A stretch of DNA of 64,000 nt, from assembly GCA_963737065.1 (NCBI GenBank), contig CAVTRC010000001.1:896001-960000 (forward strand), read 5' to 3'. The translations under genes and the position numbers were made by a program. This DNA comes from Candidatus Eremiobacteria bacterium (GTDB lineage: Bacteria; Vulcanimicrobiota; Vulcanimicrobiia; Vulcanimicrobiales; Vulcanimicrobiaceae). The notes under the pieces were generated by a model, which was not told the origin of the DNA, searched no databases, and saw only the letters and a list, made by a program, of their open reading frames with translations. The stretch's first letter is position 1, and each line of letters opens with the position of its first letter. Positions 1 to 9,244 of the stretch are shown here, in pieces.

Positions 1-13
1 GTTCGGGTACCGT

Positions 14-1291
14 ATGCTCTCGCCGATTCGCGCGGTCGCCGCGCGTTCGCTCGCCGCGATGTCGAACCGGCGTGGATACGAGGAGCGGTTTGCGCTGCGC
101 ATGGACGGCGTCGCGGCGGAGCTCTGGGAGCAAATTCGCGCGGCGAACGCGGGTGCAGCGATGTATCGGCTCTTCCTGCGGTACAACGATTTCTGCAACG
201 CGATCGGCTGGGCCATGAAACGTCCGGGAGATCGTTTTGCATTGATTCCCGCGATTATGACGACGATGATCGCGGCGTGGGCCGAAGGCGGCCGATTCAG
301 CGAAGGGTTGATGTGGGTCGAACGCCTGGAGAGCGTCGCCGATCGGTTGAAACCGAACCTACGCGGACGCATCCATTACTTAGGTCTTTGCGTTGCGCAC
401 GCGGCCGGCGAATACCAGCGTATGCTCGTTCGAGCGCCCGCAACGATCTCGTCGTTTACGATTTCCGGCGATCGTCTCGGCCTCGCGCGCGCGTATAACG
501 CACTCGCTGCCGCGGCATTTCACACCGGCGTTTTGGATGACGCATGGAAATACGCAGAAATGGCGCTCCACCTCTACGATCAAATGGGACACAAGCGCGG
601 CGTCGCCGCGGCGCTGGTAAATCAAGGGAACGTCGTTCTAGAAGGTTACGATGATGCCGGTCGCGCGCGGCTGGTGTTCCGTAATGCGCACGCGCTCTTA
701 GAAACCGACGGAACCGACGCGCTCATCGGTATCGCGCTCGGAAATCTCGCCGAGGTCGAGTACGTGACGATGGAGTACGACAAAAGCAACGAGTATGCGG
801 TCGCGGCGACGGCGCGCTTCGAAGCCGCGGCAAGCCTCGCGCATATTGCGTGGGCGCATGAAACGCAAGCGCGCGTCGCGATCGCGCGCAGCCTTGCGCC
901 GGCGGCGAAAGAGCACCTTCATCTCGCTTGCGATTTACTGCGTCGCACGCCGCAGCCGCAATTCATCGCGCGTTTGGGCGAGGTGATCGCCCGGCTGCTG
1001 ATTTTCGTCGGACAGGATCAGGAGGCTGCGCTCGCGCTGACCGCGTCGAGCCGGTTGCGCCACGCGCGCTCGCTCGTTCGCATGGGATTCATCGAGCGCG
1101 AGACGACGACGGACGAAGCGATTCTGCGTGACCGCCTAGGCGAAAGTGCGCTCGCCAACGTCGCGACGCGCGTCGGAGGCTGGGATTTGGGACATCTGAC
1201 GAGCTTTTTCCAAGCGCTGCTGGTCGGGATAGGTCGAAGCGAAACGTGGCGAACACCTGATATAGTAGGCGAGCCGAAAATCCACAGTTAA
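14..1291 (+). CDS. TPR-like helical repeat protein, resembling the C-terminal region of ATPase/TPR regulators; possibly 5'-truncated by the window edge
   Basis: 425-aa ORF with TPR-like helices (ARAYNALAAAAFHTG, AAALVNQGNV, GIALGNLAEVEY); frame is open upstream to position 2. Confidence 0.6.
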   Translation: MLSPIRAVAARSLAAMSNRRGYEERFALRMDGVAAELWEQIRAANAGAAMYRLFLRYNDFCNAIGWAMKRPGDRFALIPAIMTTMIAAWAEGGRFSEGLMWVERLESVADRLKPNLRGRIHYLGLCVAHAAGEYQRMLVRAPATISSFTISGDRLGLARAYNALAAAAFHTGVLDDAWKYAEMALHLYDQMGHKRGVAAALVNQGNVVLEGYDDAGRARLVFRNAHALLETDGTDALIGIALGNLAEVEYVTMEYDKSNEYAVAATARFEAAASLAHIAWAHETQARVAIARSLAPAAKEHLHLACDLLRRTPQPQFIARLGEVIARLLIFVGQDQEAALALTASSRLRHARSLVRMGFIERETTTDEAILRDRLGESALANVATRVGGWDLGHLTSFFQALLVGIGRSETWRTPDIVGEPKIHS

Positions 1292-1320
1292 GTGGTTCGC
1301 CGTTAGAACAGGAGTTAGCA

Positions 1321-2766
1321 GTGGCGCAACATCAGGTCGACGCGGTCGTGATCGGAGCCGGACCGGGCGGATATCATGCGGCCATCCGGCTGGGACAATT
1401 GGGAAAGAAAGTCGTCTGTGTCGACCGCGATGAGGTCGGCGGTGTTTGCCTCAACTGGGGCTGCATTCCGACGAAAGCGTTGCTTCACGTAGGCGAAGTT
1501 ATTCGTCATATCGATCACGCGGCAGCGATCGGGCTCAAGGTTCCGAAAGCCGACGTGGATCGCGAAGGCGTCGCGAAGTTCAAGACCGACGTCGTCAATG
1601 CGAACGTCGGCGGCGTGAAGACGCTCTTCAAGGCAAACAACGTTGAATTCATGTACGGCGACGCGAGCTTCAAAGACGCGAACACCGTGGTCGTCAAGAA
1701 AAAGGACGGCGGCGAAGACGAACTCTCCGCGCAGAGCGTCGTGATCGCGACCGGCTCCGCACCAATCGACGTCAAGGCGTGGCCGCGCGACGGCGAGTAC
1801 ATCATCAACTCGGATGACGCGGTGCAAATGAAACGGATTCCGAAAAACATGCTCGTCATCGGCGGCGGTGTGATCGGGCTGGAGTTCGCAACCGTATTCA
1901 CGCGCGTCGGCGCGAAGGTTCTCGTGATCGAAGCACTGCCGCAAATTCTCACCGGTACCGATCTCGAAATCTCGAAGACGCTGCAACGTATCCTCAAGAA
2001 ACAGGGCGTCGAGATCATGCTCGATACGAAAGTGGGTGCACTCGAGAAATCCAAGAACGGCGTTAAAGCGACGTTCAACGGCGAAGGCACGAACGGAAAA
2101 GACGAGACGCGCGAGTTCGACATGGTGCTCGTCGCCGTCGGCCGTCGTCCTGTGACCGATACGCTGAACCTTTCGGCAGCGGGTCTGGCGACGGACGATA
2201 AGGGGTTCATCACAACCGATGCCCAGATGCGCACAAACCTGGCGAACGTCTTTGCCATCGGCGACGTCACCGGTCAGCCGCTGCTCGCACACCGCGCGAT
2301 GAAACAAGGCGTCGTCGCGGCAGAAGCAATCTCCGGCGACAAATCCGCCGCATTCGACCCCGTAGCAATACCGAATTGCGTGTACACCGATCCTGAAGTC
2401 GCCACCGTCGGATTGTCGGAGGAAGAAGCGAAAGCCAAAGGCTACGAAGTGCGCATCGGGAAGTTCCCGCTCGCCGCGAGCGGCCGCGCGCGCACGATGA
2501 ACGAAACCGACGGCTTGATCAAACTCGTCGGAGATGCAAAAACCGACATGCTCCTCGGCATGCACGTCGTGGCACCGCAAGCGGAGTCTCTGATCGGCGA
2601 AGGGGTTATCGCGCTCGAAATGGGCGCAACGCTCGAGGACATCGGCCTGTCCGTGCACCCGCATCCGACGCTTACCGAAGGCATCATGGACGCGGCCGAA
2701 GCGGCGCACGGCAAAGCGATCCACATCGTGAATCCCAAGCCGAAGACTCCCGTAGGCGCGAAGTAG
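1321..2766 (+). CDS. lpdA: Dihydrolipoamide dehydrogenase (E3/L-protein)
   Basis: GAGPGG FAD motif, redox disulfide GGVCLNWGCIPTK, GGGVIGLE NAD motif, C-terminal HPTLTE; AGGAG SD before GTG. Confidence 0.97.
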   Translation: MAQHQVDAVVIGAGPGGYHAAIRLGQLGKKVVCVDRDEVGGVCLNWGCIPTKALLHVGEVIRHIDHAAAIGLKVPKADVDREGVAKFKTDVVNANVGGVKTLFKANNVEFMYGDASFKDANTVVVKKKDGGEDELSAQSVVIATGSAPIDVKAWPRDGEYIINSDDAVQMKRIPKNMLVIGGGVIGLEFATVFTRVGAKVLVIEALPQILTGTDLEISKTLQRILKKQGVEIMLDTKVGALEKSKNGVKATFNGEGTNGKDETREFDMVLVAVGRRPVTDTLNLSAAGLATDDKGFITTDAQMRTNLANVFAIGDVTGQPLLAHRAMKQGVVAAEAISGDKSAAFDPVAIPNCVYTDPEVATVGLSEEEAKAKGYEVRIGKFPLAASGRARTMNETDGLIKLVGDAKTDMLLGMHVVAPQAESLIGEGVIALEMGATLEDIGLSVHPHPTLTEGIMDAAEAAHGKAIHIVNPKPKTPVGAK

Positions 2767-2788
2767 GGCAGCGCTGCGTATCCCCGCG

Positions 2789-2944
2789 GTTGAGATTCAG
2801 CGCTCTGAGGCGTTAGTCGTGGGGACGCCCGATTTTTCACGTCGTGTGAAAAATCGGCCTCGCCTCGTCGTCGCTCCAGCGCATCCTGCGCCCGCTCCTC
2901 CTCACACGCCCCGCGACCAACGCCTCAGAGCGCTGAACCTCAAC
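2789..2944. repeat. MITE/REP-like element with 36-bp terminal inverted repeats and an internal 12-bp hairpin
   Basis: 2789-2824 matches the reverse complement of 2909-2944 at 33/36; internal perfect IR ccgatttttcac/gtgaaaaatcgg at 2829-2857. Confidence 0.75.
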
Positions 2945-2970
2945 GGCTCTATACGAGCGTTGTAAACATA

Positions 2971-3645
2971 ATGGCATCGCAAGCGAAGTTGCTCGATCTC
3001 GGTTTGCGTCCGTACCGCGAGGTTTGGGGGATTCAGCATGCGATTCACGATGCGGTGGCGAGGGGGGAATCGGCGGATACATGGATTTTCGTCGAGCACA
3101 CGCCGGTCGTTACGATGGGGCGCAACGCCAAGCGCGAGAATGTTTTGCTTTCCGCGCAAGTGCTGGAGCGGCGCGGTGTGGATCTCGTTGAGATTGAACG
3201 GGGCGGAGATGTCACGTATCACGGTCCCGGGCAGTTGGTCGTCTATCCGATTCGGAAGATGGAGCGGTTTCGCGAAGTCGTGCCGTTGGTGCGAGCGCTC
3301 GAAGGCGCGGTGATCGATATGGTGAGCGGATACGGCATAGTGGCCGAGCGGTGGAAGGAGCACGCGGGCGTGTGGGTCGGCCGGGATCAGATTTGCGCGA
3401 TTGGCCTCGCCGTACAGAAAATGGTATCGTTGCACGGGATTGCGCTCAACGTATCGACCGAGTTGGAGTATGACCGGTTGATCAATCCTTGCGGGCTGAC
3501 CGATCGGGGTGTGACGTCGATTTCGGAACAACTCGGCCGCACGGTCTGCGTCGCTGAAGCGAAACCGCTCCTAGAAGCGGCGCTGGCACGAGGCTTCGAC
3601 ATAGAATTCGTCCGGGACACTTCATGGCAGTTGACATCGACTTAA
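2971..3645 (+). CDS. lipB: Lipoyl(octanoyl) transferase
   Basis: EHTPVVTMG, RGGDVTYHGPGQLV, HGIALNV, INPCG motifs; adjacent to lipA. Confidence 0.95.
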   Translation: MASQAKLLDLGLRPYREVWGIQHAIHDAVARGESADTWIFVEHTPVVTMGRNAKRENVLLSAQVLERRGVDLVEIERGGDVTYHGPGQLVVYPIRKMERFREVVPLVRALEGAVIDMVSGYGIVAERWKEHAGVWVGRDQICAIGLAVQKMVSLHGIALNVSTELEYDRLINPCGLTDRGVTSISEQLGRTVCVAEAKPLLEAALARGFDIEFVRDTSWQLTST

Positions 3646-4553
3646 TCAATAACCCGCTTTCGGCTCCCAAGCGCGGGTTCGCGCCCGAAGCCCCAAGGCA
3701 TGTTCGTAAGCCCGATTGGCTGCGTGTTTCGCTGCCGATCGGCGACGATTACGAGCGGGTCAAGGCTAAGGTGAACGCGCTGCGGCTGAACACGGTGTGT
3801 AAGGAAGCAGCGTGTCCGAATATTGCCGAGTGCTGGGGCGCCGGCACGGCGACGATCATGATTCTCGGCGACACGTGCACGCGCGGATGCCGCTTCTGCA
3901 ATGTGAAAACCGGTAACCCGAAAGGCGTGGTCGACTGGATGGAGCCGGTTCGCGTCGCGGAAGCCGTCCGCGATCTCGGCTGGAACTACCTCGTGTTGAC
4001 TGCGGTCGACCGTGATGATCTGCCCGACGGCGGCGCGCTTATCTTCGCAAACACGGTGCGTGCGATTCACGAACGCGTGCCCGGGTCGAAAGTGGAAATT
4101 CTGAGCGGCGATTATCGGGGCGACCACAACGCGCTCGATATCGTGATGGATGCGAAGCCCGACGTATTTGCTCACAACTTGGAAACGGTGCGTCGCCTAA
4201 CACCGACCGTGCGCGATAAGCGCGCGGCTTACGATCAGTCGTTGCGAATCTTGGAACATGCCAAAAAGCGGGCACCGGAGCGTTATACGAAGACGTCGCT
4301 GATGCTCGGTCTCGGTGAAGCCGACGAAGAAATCGAGGCGGCAATGAACGACGCCCGCAACGCCGGCGTGGACATTTTCACGATGGGCCAGTATCTTCAA
4401 CCGACGAAAAAGCACCTACGCGTCGCAGAGTTCGTTACACCGGAGAAGTTCGCGCGTCTCGGCGCTTTAGCGCGTGGAAAAGGCTTCCATCAAGTGGTTT
4501 CGAGTCCGCTATCCCGATCGTCATATCACGCAGAGCAAGCTTTTTTGCCTTGA
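3624..4553 (+). CDS. lipA: Lipoyl synthase (radical SAM)
   Basis: CKEAACPNIAEC auxiliary cluster motif, CTRGCRFC radical-SAM motif, C-terminal RSSY. Confidence 0.97.
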   Translation: MAVDIDLINNPLSAPKRGFAPEAPRHVRKPDWLRVSLPIGDDYERVKAKVNALRLNTVCKEAACPNIAECWGAGTATIMILGDTCTRGCRFCNVKTGNPKGVVDWMEPVRVAEAVRDLGWNYLVLTAVDRDDLPDGGALIFANTVRAIHERVPGSKVEILSGDYRGDHNALDIVMDAKPDVFAHNLETVRRLTPTVRDKRAAYDQSLRILEHAKKRAPERYTKTSLMLGLGEADEEIEAAMNDARNAGVDIFTMGQYLQPTKKHLRVAEFVTPEKFARLGALARGKGFHQVVSSPLSRSSYHAEQAFLP

Positions 4554-4594
4554 GATGCAACCCGGGTCGTAATCTTGAACCTTAGAAGGTTGAT

Positions 4595-7500
4595 ATGACG
4601 GCGTTCTTCCTCAAGCGGCCGATTATGGCCATCGTCTGCTCCGTGGTCATTATCATCATGGGGCTGGTCGCAATTCCGATTCTGCCGATCTCGCAGTATC
4701 CGCAGATTACGCCTCCCGTCGTGACGGTGTCGGCAACATATCTCGGTGCGAGCCCGCAATCGGTCGAAAGCGCCGTCACCACTCCGCTCGAGAACGCGAT
4801 CAACGGCGTCGAAGGGCTACGGTACATCAGTTCGACGAGCAGCCAGGGACAGTCGACCGTTACGGCGACGTTCAATCTCGGGACGAACCTTGATATTGCG
4901 GCGACCGACGTGCAAAACGCGGTGCAATCGGCACTCGGGCTTCTGCCGAACGAAGTCAAACAAATCGGCGTCACCGTAAGCAAGAACAACGGTTCATTCG
5001 TGATGGCGCTCGCGCTGCTTTCGAACAACGGTTCGCACGACTCCATTTTCCTCAGCAACTACGCCGAGCTAAACATCGTCAACGATCTCAAACGCGTTCC
5101 CGGCGTTTCGAGCGTGATGATCTTCGGACAACGCCGCTACGCGATGCGTATCTGGCTCAATCCGCACGAATTGCAAGCGCGCGGGCTTGCCACGACCGAC
5201 GTCGTGAGCGCGCTTCAGGAGCAGAACGTCAACGTCGCGGCCGGCAGCATCGGGAGCGCGCCGCAGCCGGCGAACCAACCGTATACGATCGCGGTCAACG
5301 CCGTCGGACGCTTGAGCGATCCCAAGCAATTCGCGAACATCATTTTGCGTGCCGACCCGAACGGTGGGTTCACGAAGCTCGGCGACGTCGCGCGGATAGA
5401 ACTCGGCGCCGAGGATTACAACAGTTTCATCCGTTTCGACGGCAACCAGAACGTCGTCGGTCTCGGCATTCAGCAACTGCCCTCCGCCAACGCGCTGACC
5501 GTTGCGCAGGGCGTCCGCACGCGGCTGGACCAGCTCGCGAAGAGCTTTCCGCCGGATGTCAAGTACAAGGTTGCGTTCGACACGACGCTCTTCGTCAAAG
5601 AATCGATCAAGGAAGTCGTCATCACACTTCTGCTATCCATTTTGCTTGTCGTGCTCGTGATTTACCTATTTCTGCAGAGCGGCCGTTCGACGTTAATTCC
5701 GGCGACGACGATTCCGATTTCATTGATCGGGACGTTCTTCGTCATGAAGATCTTCGACTTCACGATCAACACGATCACGCTTTTCGGATTGACGCTCGCC
5801 GCGGGTCTCGTCGTCGACGACGCCATCGTGGTCATCGAAAATATCGCGCGCTACATGAAAGAACACCACCTGGGCGGCATCGACGGCGCGAAGGCCGCGA
5901 TGGAGGAGATCCAAAGCGCCGTCGTCGCGTCGTCGCTCGTCCTCTTTTCGGTGTTCACGCCCGTGGCGTTCTTTCCCGGAACGACGGGCCTGCTCTACAA
6001 GCAGTTCGCGCTGACGATCACGGCCTCGATCTGCATTTCACTGTTCGCGGCTTTGACGCTTACGCCGGTTCTCTCGTCGATTCTTCTGCACGACAAGCCG
6101 GAAGCGACGACCGGATTCTTCGGCGCCTTCAACCGCACGTTCTACGGATTCCGCGAGTGGTACGGCAAGGAGCTGCCGCACTATTTCCGGCGGCGCTGGA
6201 TCGTCGTCGGACTGTTCGCGCTCGCACTCGCGCTGACCGGATTCCTCTTCGTGAAGACGCCGAAAGGCTTCATTCCGACCGAAGATCAGGGGTTCTTGAT
6301 GGTCTTCGTTCAAGCGCCCGAAGGAACGTCGCTCGCGAACGAACACAAGGTCGCGCTGAAGGCGGAAAACATCGTGCGCAACACGGACGGCGTACACGAC
6401 GTGTTCGACGTCGGCGGTTTCAGCTTCACGGGCGCGCAGCCGAACCTCGGAATCATGTTCGTTCAGCTCGATCCTTGGAGCGACCGGAAAACGATGTCAA
6501 CGTCGCCGCTCGGCATGCTCTACGTCGGTCCGAATGCGATGCAACCAAAGTTCACCAAGCAGATTCCCGAGGCAAGCGTATTCGGTATTCAGCCGCCGCC
6601 GATCTTCGGTATCGATACGCTCGGCTTCAGTTGGGAATTGGAAGATCGCGGCAACGTCGGCTTGCCGAAGCTCTATTCGATTGCGCAAAAATATATCGCC
6701 GCCGCACCGCAAGGCAACACGACCGAGCCGTTCTCGCTGTTGACCCAGTACCGCATCGATTCGCCACAGCTTCAGATGAACATCGACCGCAACAAGGCCA
6801 AGTCGATCGGCGTATCGCTTTCCGACGTGTTCAACACGTTGCAAGTGAACCTGGGATCGCTTTATGTCAATGACTTCAATTACTTAAACCGGTCATATCA
6901 CGTCTACGTGCAGGCCGACGAACCGTATCGCACGCGCGTTACCGATCTCCAGGACCTCTACGTCCGTTCGAACAACGGTGGACTGAGCCCGATTGCGGCC
7001 CTTGCAAATACCAGCCTGCAGAACACGGCGCCGAACATCACGCACTATAATCTGTTCCGCAACATCGAACTGAGCGGACAGGTTGCGCCGGGCGCAAGCT
7101 CCGGTACGGCGATCGCCGGCATGCAAAAGCTCGCGAAGACGCTCGATCCTCCGGGCGTCTCGTACGAGTGGTCCGGCTTGACGCTCGATGAGATTCAGTC
7201 CGGATCGCAGACGATCATCATCTTCTCGCTCGGCATCATCTTCGTCTTTTTGGTGCTCGCCGCGCAATACGAAAGCTTCATCGATCCGCTGATCGTACTT
7301 CTTGCGGTGCCGGCGGCGCTGCTCGGCGCATTGATCTTCATGAATTACCGCGACATCATGAGCATCGGCTTCTTCATCTTGCCGGAGAAGTTGCATTTCA
7401 TTCCGTGGTTTTTGGCCGGCGCCCAGCCGGGAATCTCGCAGGACGCATACGCGCAAGTCGGCTACGTTATGCTGATCGGTCTCGCCGCAAAGAGCGCCAT

Positions 7501-7855
7501 TTTGATCGTCGAGTTTGCCAACCAGCAGGTGCGCGCCGGAGCCGACGTGGTGACGGCGGCGATGCGGGCCGCGCGCACGCGACTCCGCCCGATCCTCATG
7601 ACGTCGATCGCGTTCGTCATTGCGATGCTGCCGCTGGTCTACGCGTCGGGCGCGGGCAGCGCCGCCCGGCACTCCCTCGGAACCGTCGTGTTCGGCGGCA
7701 TGCTCTTCGCGACGTTGCTGAATCTCGCGATCACGCCGGTGCTTTACGTGATCATCAAGGGCTTCGAGCTGCGCGGCCACCGCGGCCGCAACGGCAAGCT
7801 GCGCGACGGCCACGCTGTCACGGACGAAGCAACGCCGGTACCTTCCAACGTTTAG
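4595..7855 (+). CDS. AcrB/HAE1-family RND efflux transporter permease
   Basis: 1086 aa; LPISQYPQITPP, GLVVDDAIVVIENI, GLAAKSAILIVEF, RLRPILMTS (proton-relay residues intact). Confidence 0.93.
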   Translation: MTAFFLKRPIMAIVCSVVIIIMGLVAIPILPISQYPQITPPVVTVSATYLGASPQSVESAVTTPLENAINGVEGLRYISSTSSQGQSTVTATFNLGTNLDIAATDVQNAVQSALGLLPNEVKQIGVTVSKNNGSFVMALALLSNNGSHDSIFLSNYAELNIVNDLKRVPGVSSVMIFGQRRYAMRIWLNPHELQARGLATTDVVSALQEQNVNVAAGSIGSAPQPANQPYTIAVNAVGRLSDPKQFANIILRADPNGGFTKLGDVARIELGAEDYNSFIRFDGNQNVVGLGIQQLPSANALTVAQGVRTRLDQLAKSFPPDVKYKVAFDTTLFVKESIKEVVITLLLSILLVVLVIYLFLQSGRSTLIPATTIPISLIGTFFVMKIFDFTINTITLFGLTLAAGLVVDDAIVVIENIARYMKEHHLGGIDGAKAAMEEIQSAVVASSLVLFSVFTPVAFFPGTTGLLYKQFALTITASICISLFAALTLTPVLSSILLHDKPEATTGFFGAFNRTFYGFREWYGKELPHYFRRRWIVVGLFALALALTGFLFVKTPKGFIPTEDQGFLMVFVQAPEGTSLANEHKVALKAENIVRNTDGVHDVFDVGGFSFTGAQPNLGIMFVQLDPWSDRKTMSTSPLGMLYVGPNAMQPKFTKQIPEASVFGIQPPPIFGIDTLGFSWELEDRGNVGLPKLYSIAQKYIAAAPQGNTTEPFSLLTQYRIDSPQLQMNIDRNKAKSIGVSLSDVFNTLQVNLGSLYVNDFNYLNRSYHVYVQADEPYRTRVTDLQDLYVRSNNGGLSPIAALANTSLQNTAPNITHYNLFRNIELSGQVAPGASSGTAIAGMQKLAKTLDPPGVSYEWSGLTLDEIQSGSQTIIIFSLGIIFVFLVLAAQYESFIDPLIVLLAVPAALLGALIFMNYRDIMSIGFFILPEKLHFIPWFLAGAQPGISQDAYAQVGYVMLIGLAAKSAILIVEFANQQVRAGADVVTAAMRAARTRLRPILMTSIAFVIAMLPLVYASGAGSAARHSLGTVVFGGMLFATLLNLAITPVLYVIIKGFELRGHRGRNGKLRDGHAVTDEATPVPSNV

Positions 7856-7988
7856 TACCTCCGGGCCGGACGCGTGCGACTTCTGACCTAGTTCGACGAA
7901 GGATTTAACGTTCGCTGAAGCAATGGTCCGTGCACCGGAATCTGATACTTTTAATACTCCGGTCCTCCATTGCTTGGGAGTTCACTCT

Positions 7989-9230
7989 ATGCTCAAGTCC
8001 CTCGTCCGGACGGGTGTGGCGCTTCTTATTGCCACGTCGTTCGGTCTTCAGGCGCTTCCGGCGTCTGCCGACGCCGTCGGCGACGCTCTGAGCCAGTCGG
8101 TCGTTCAGGGCGCCAACGTCGGCATCCGGAACGCGATGGACGCGCAGCAGCAACCGAAAGCTCCGTCGGATCAGCCGGTGACGCAGAAGAGCGACCGTGG
8201 TTCGAACGTGGCTCAGGTGCCCCCCGTTGCGCAGGCGCCCGTTGGAGCAGCGATCGGTCTTCCGACCGGCCTGACGTACAGCGCCGACATCTCCGCTGCG
8301 TGGCCGATGGGCGATATCGGCACGACCGGGCACAACTGGCTCCCCGGGGGCGTCGATTTGGTTGCCGGGTACGGGTTCAATCCAACGACGCGCTTCGTTG
8401 CGCAAGTGTACCAATTACAGCACTATCCGGTCGGGTTCAATACGGGGCAAGTGCCGGTGTATCTGCGCGGCTTTGCCAATCCCATTGGCTGCGCGAGCCT
8501 CGACAACACGACCGGTCCGAACGGAAACTGCTCGCCGTCGAATATCAACGTCGCGACGAAAGATTCGATCAATCTATTCAACCTCGAAAAGTTGTTCCTG
8601 ATCGGCGGTTTGCCGGGTGGAAAGAAGCTTCCGATTATTGTTACGCCGACGTATATCGCACGCGTTTCGAAGATTTCGCAATCGGCAGGCAACGCAGACG
8701 TCGTTCCGTTCGCAATCAATCCGCCTGACGGACCGACGTACTACGGCGTGCACACGCGCAGCGCGCAACTGTACGCACTTGCCGTGACGCTTCCGTTTCT
8801 CAAGACACCGAAAATGTTCGGAACGTTCACCGCAGCACCGAGCTGGCTCGTTCATCTCGGAGGCGCGAACATCGAGAACCACACGCAGATTTACCAGATT
8901 CTCTACCTGGAATACCATCCGTATCAGAAGCTCAATCTTTTCTTCGAGCCGCAAAGCTCGCGCGATTACTTGCCGACCGATCGATACGCGCAGCACCTAA
9001 TTGCATATTTCGCCGGTGCGCAGTGGAAATTTAATCCGTACAGCTTCTTCCAAGTTACGCTCAACAGCGGCGGCCCGACGAATGAAGGGGCGTACGGCGT
9101 TCACTCGATCATGTGCGACAACCTCGCACAAGCTGCGACCGGAAATTGCCCGGTGAACATCGGCGGTCTAAAGGCGACGCAGATTCAATTCGCTTACGGC
9201 ATCGGTTCGCCGAGCGTCATTCCATTCTAA
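7989..9230 (+). CDS. Secreted hypothetical protein, possible outer-membrane beta-barrel
   Basis: GGGAG SD before ATG 7989; signal peptide ending PASA; amphipathic aromatic-rich strands, Cys pairs, C-terminal Phe. Confidence 0.6.
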   Translation: MLKSLVRTGVALLIATSFGLQALPASADAVGDALSQSVVQGANVGIRNAMDAQQQPKAPSDQPVTQKSDRGSNVAQVPPVAQAPVGAAIGLPTGLTYSADISAAWPMGDIGTTGHNWLPGGVDLVAGYGFNPTTRFVAQVYQLQHYPVGFNTGQVPVYLRGFANPIGCASLDNTTGPNGNCSPSNINVATKDSINLFNLEKLFLIGGLPGGKKLPIIVTPTYIARVSKISQSAGNADVVPFAINPPDGPTYYGVHTRSAQLYALAVTLPFLKTPKMFGTFTAAPSWLVHLGGANIENHTQIYQILYLEYHPYQKLNLFFEPQSSRDYLPTDRYAQHLIAYFAGAQWKFNPYSFFQVTLNSGGPTNEGAYGVHSIMCDNLAQAATGNCPVNIGGLKATQIQFAYGIGSPSVIPF

Positions 9231-9244
9231 GGCGGGGTTAGCAT

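Noticed and set aside
1315..2724. 469-aa minus-strand ORF, and similar long antisense ORFs at 28864-30291, 41255-42574 and 47651-49135
   Set aside because: They mirror well-conserved genes on the opposite strand and have no motifs
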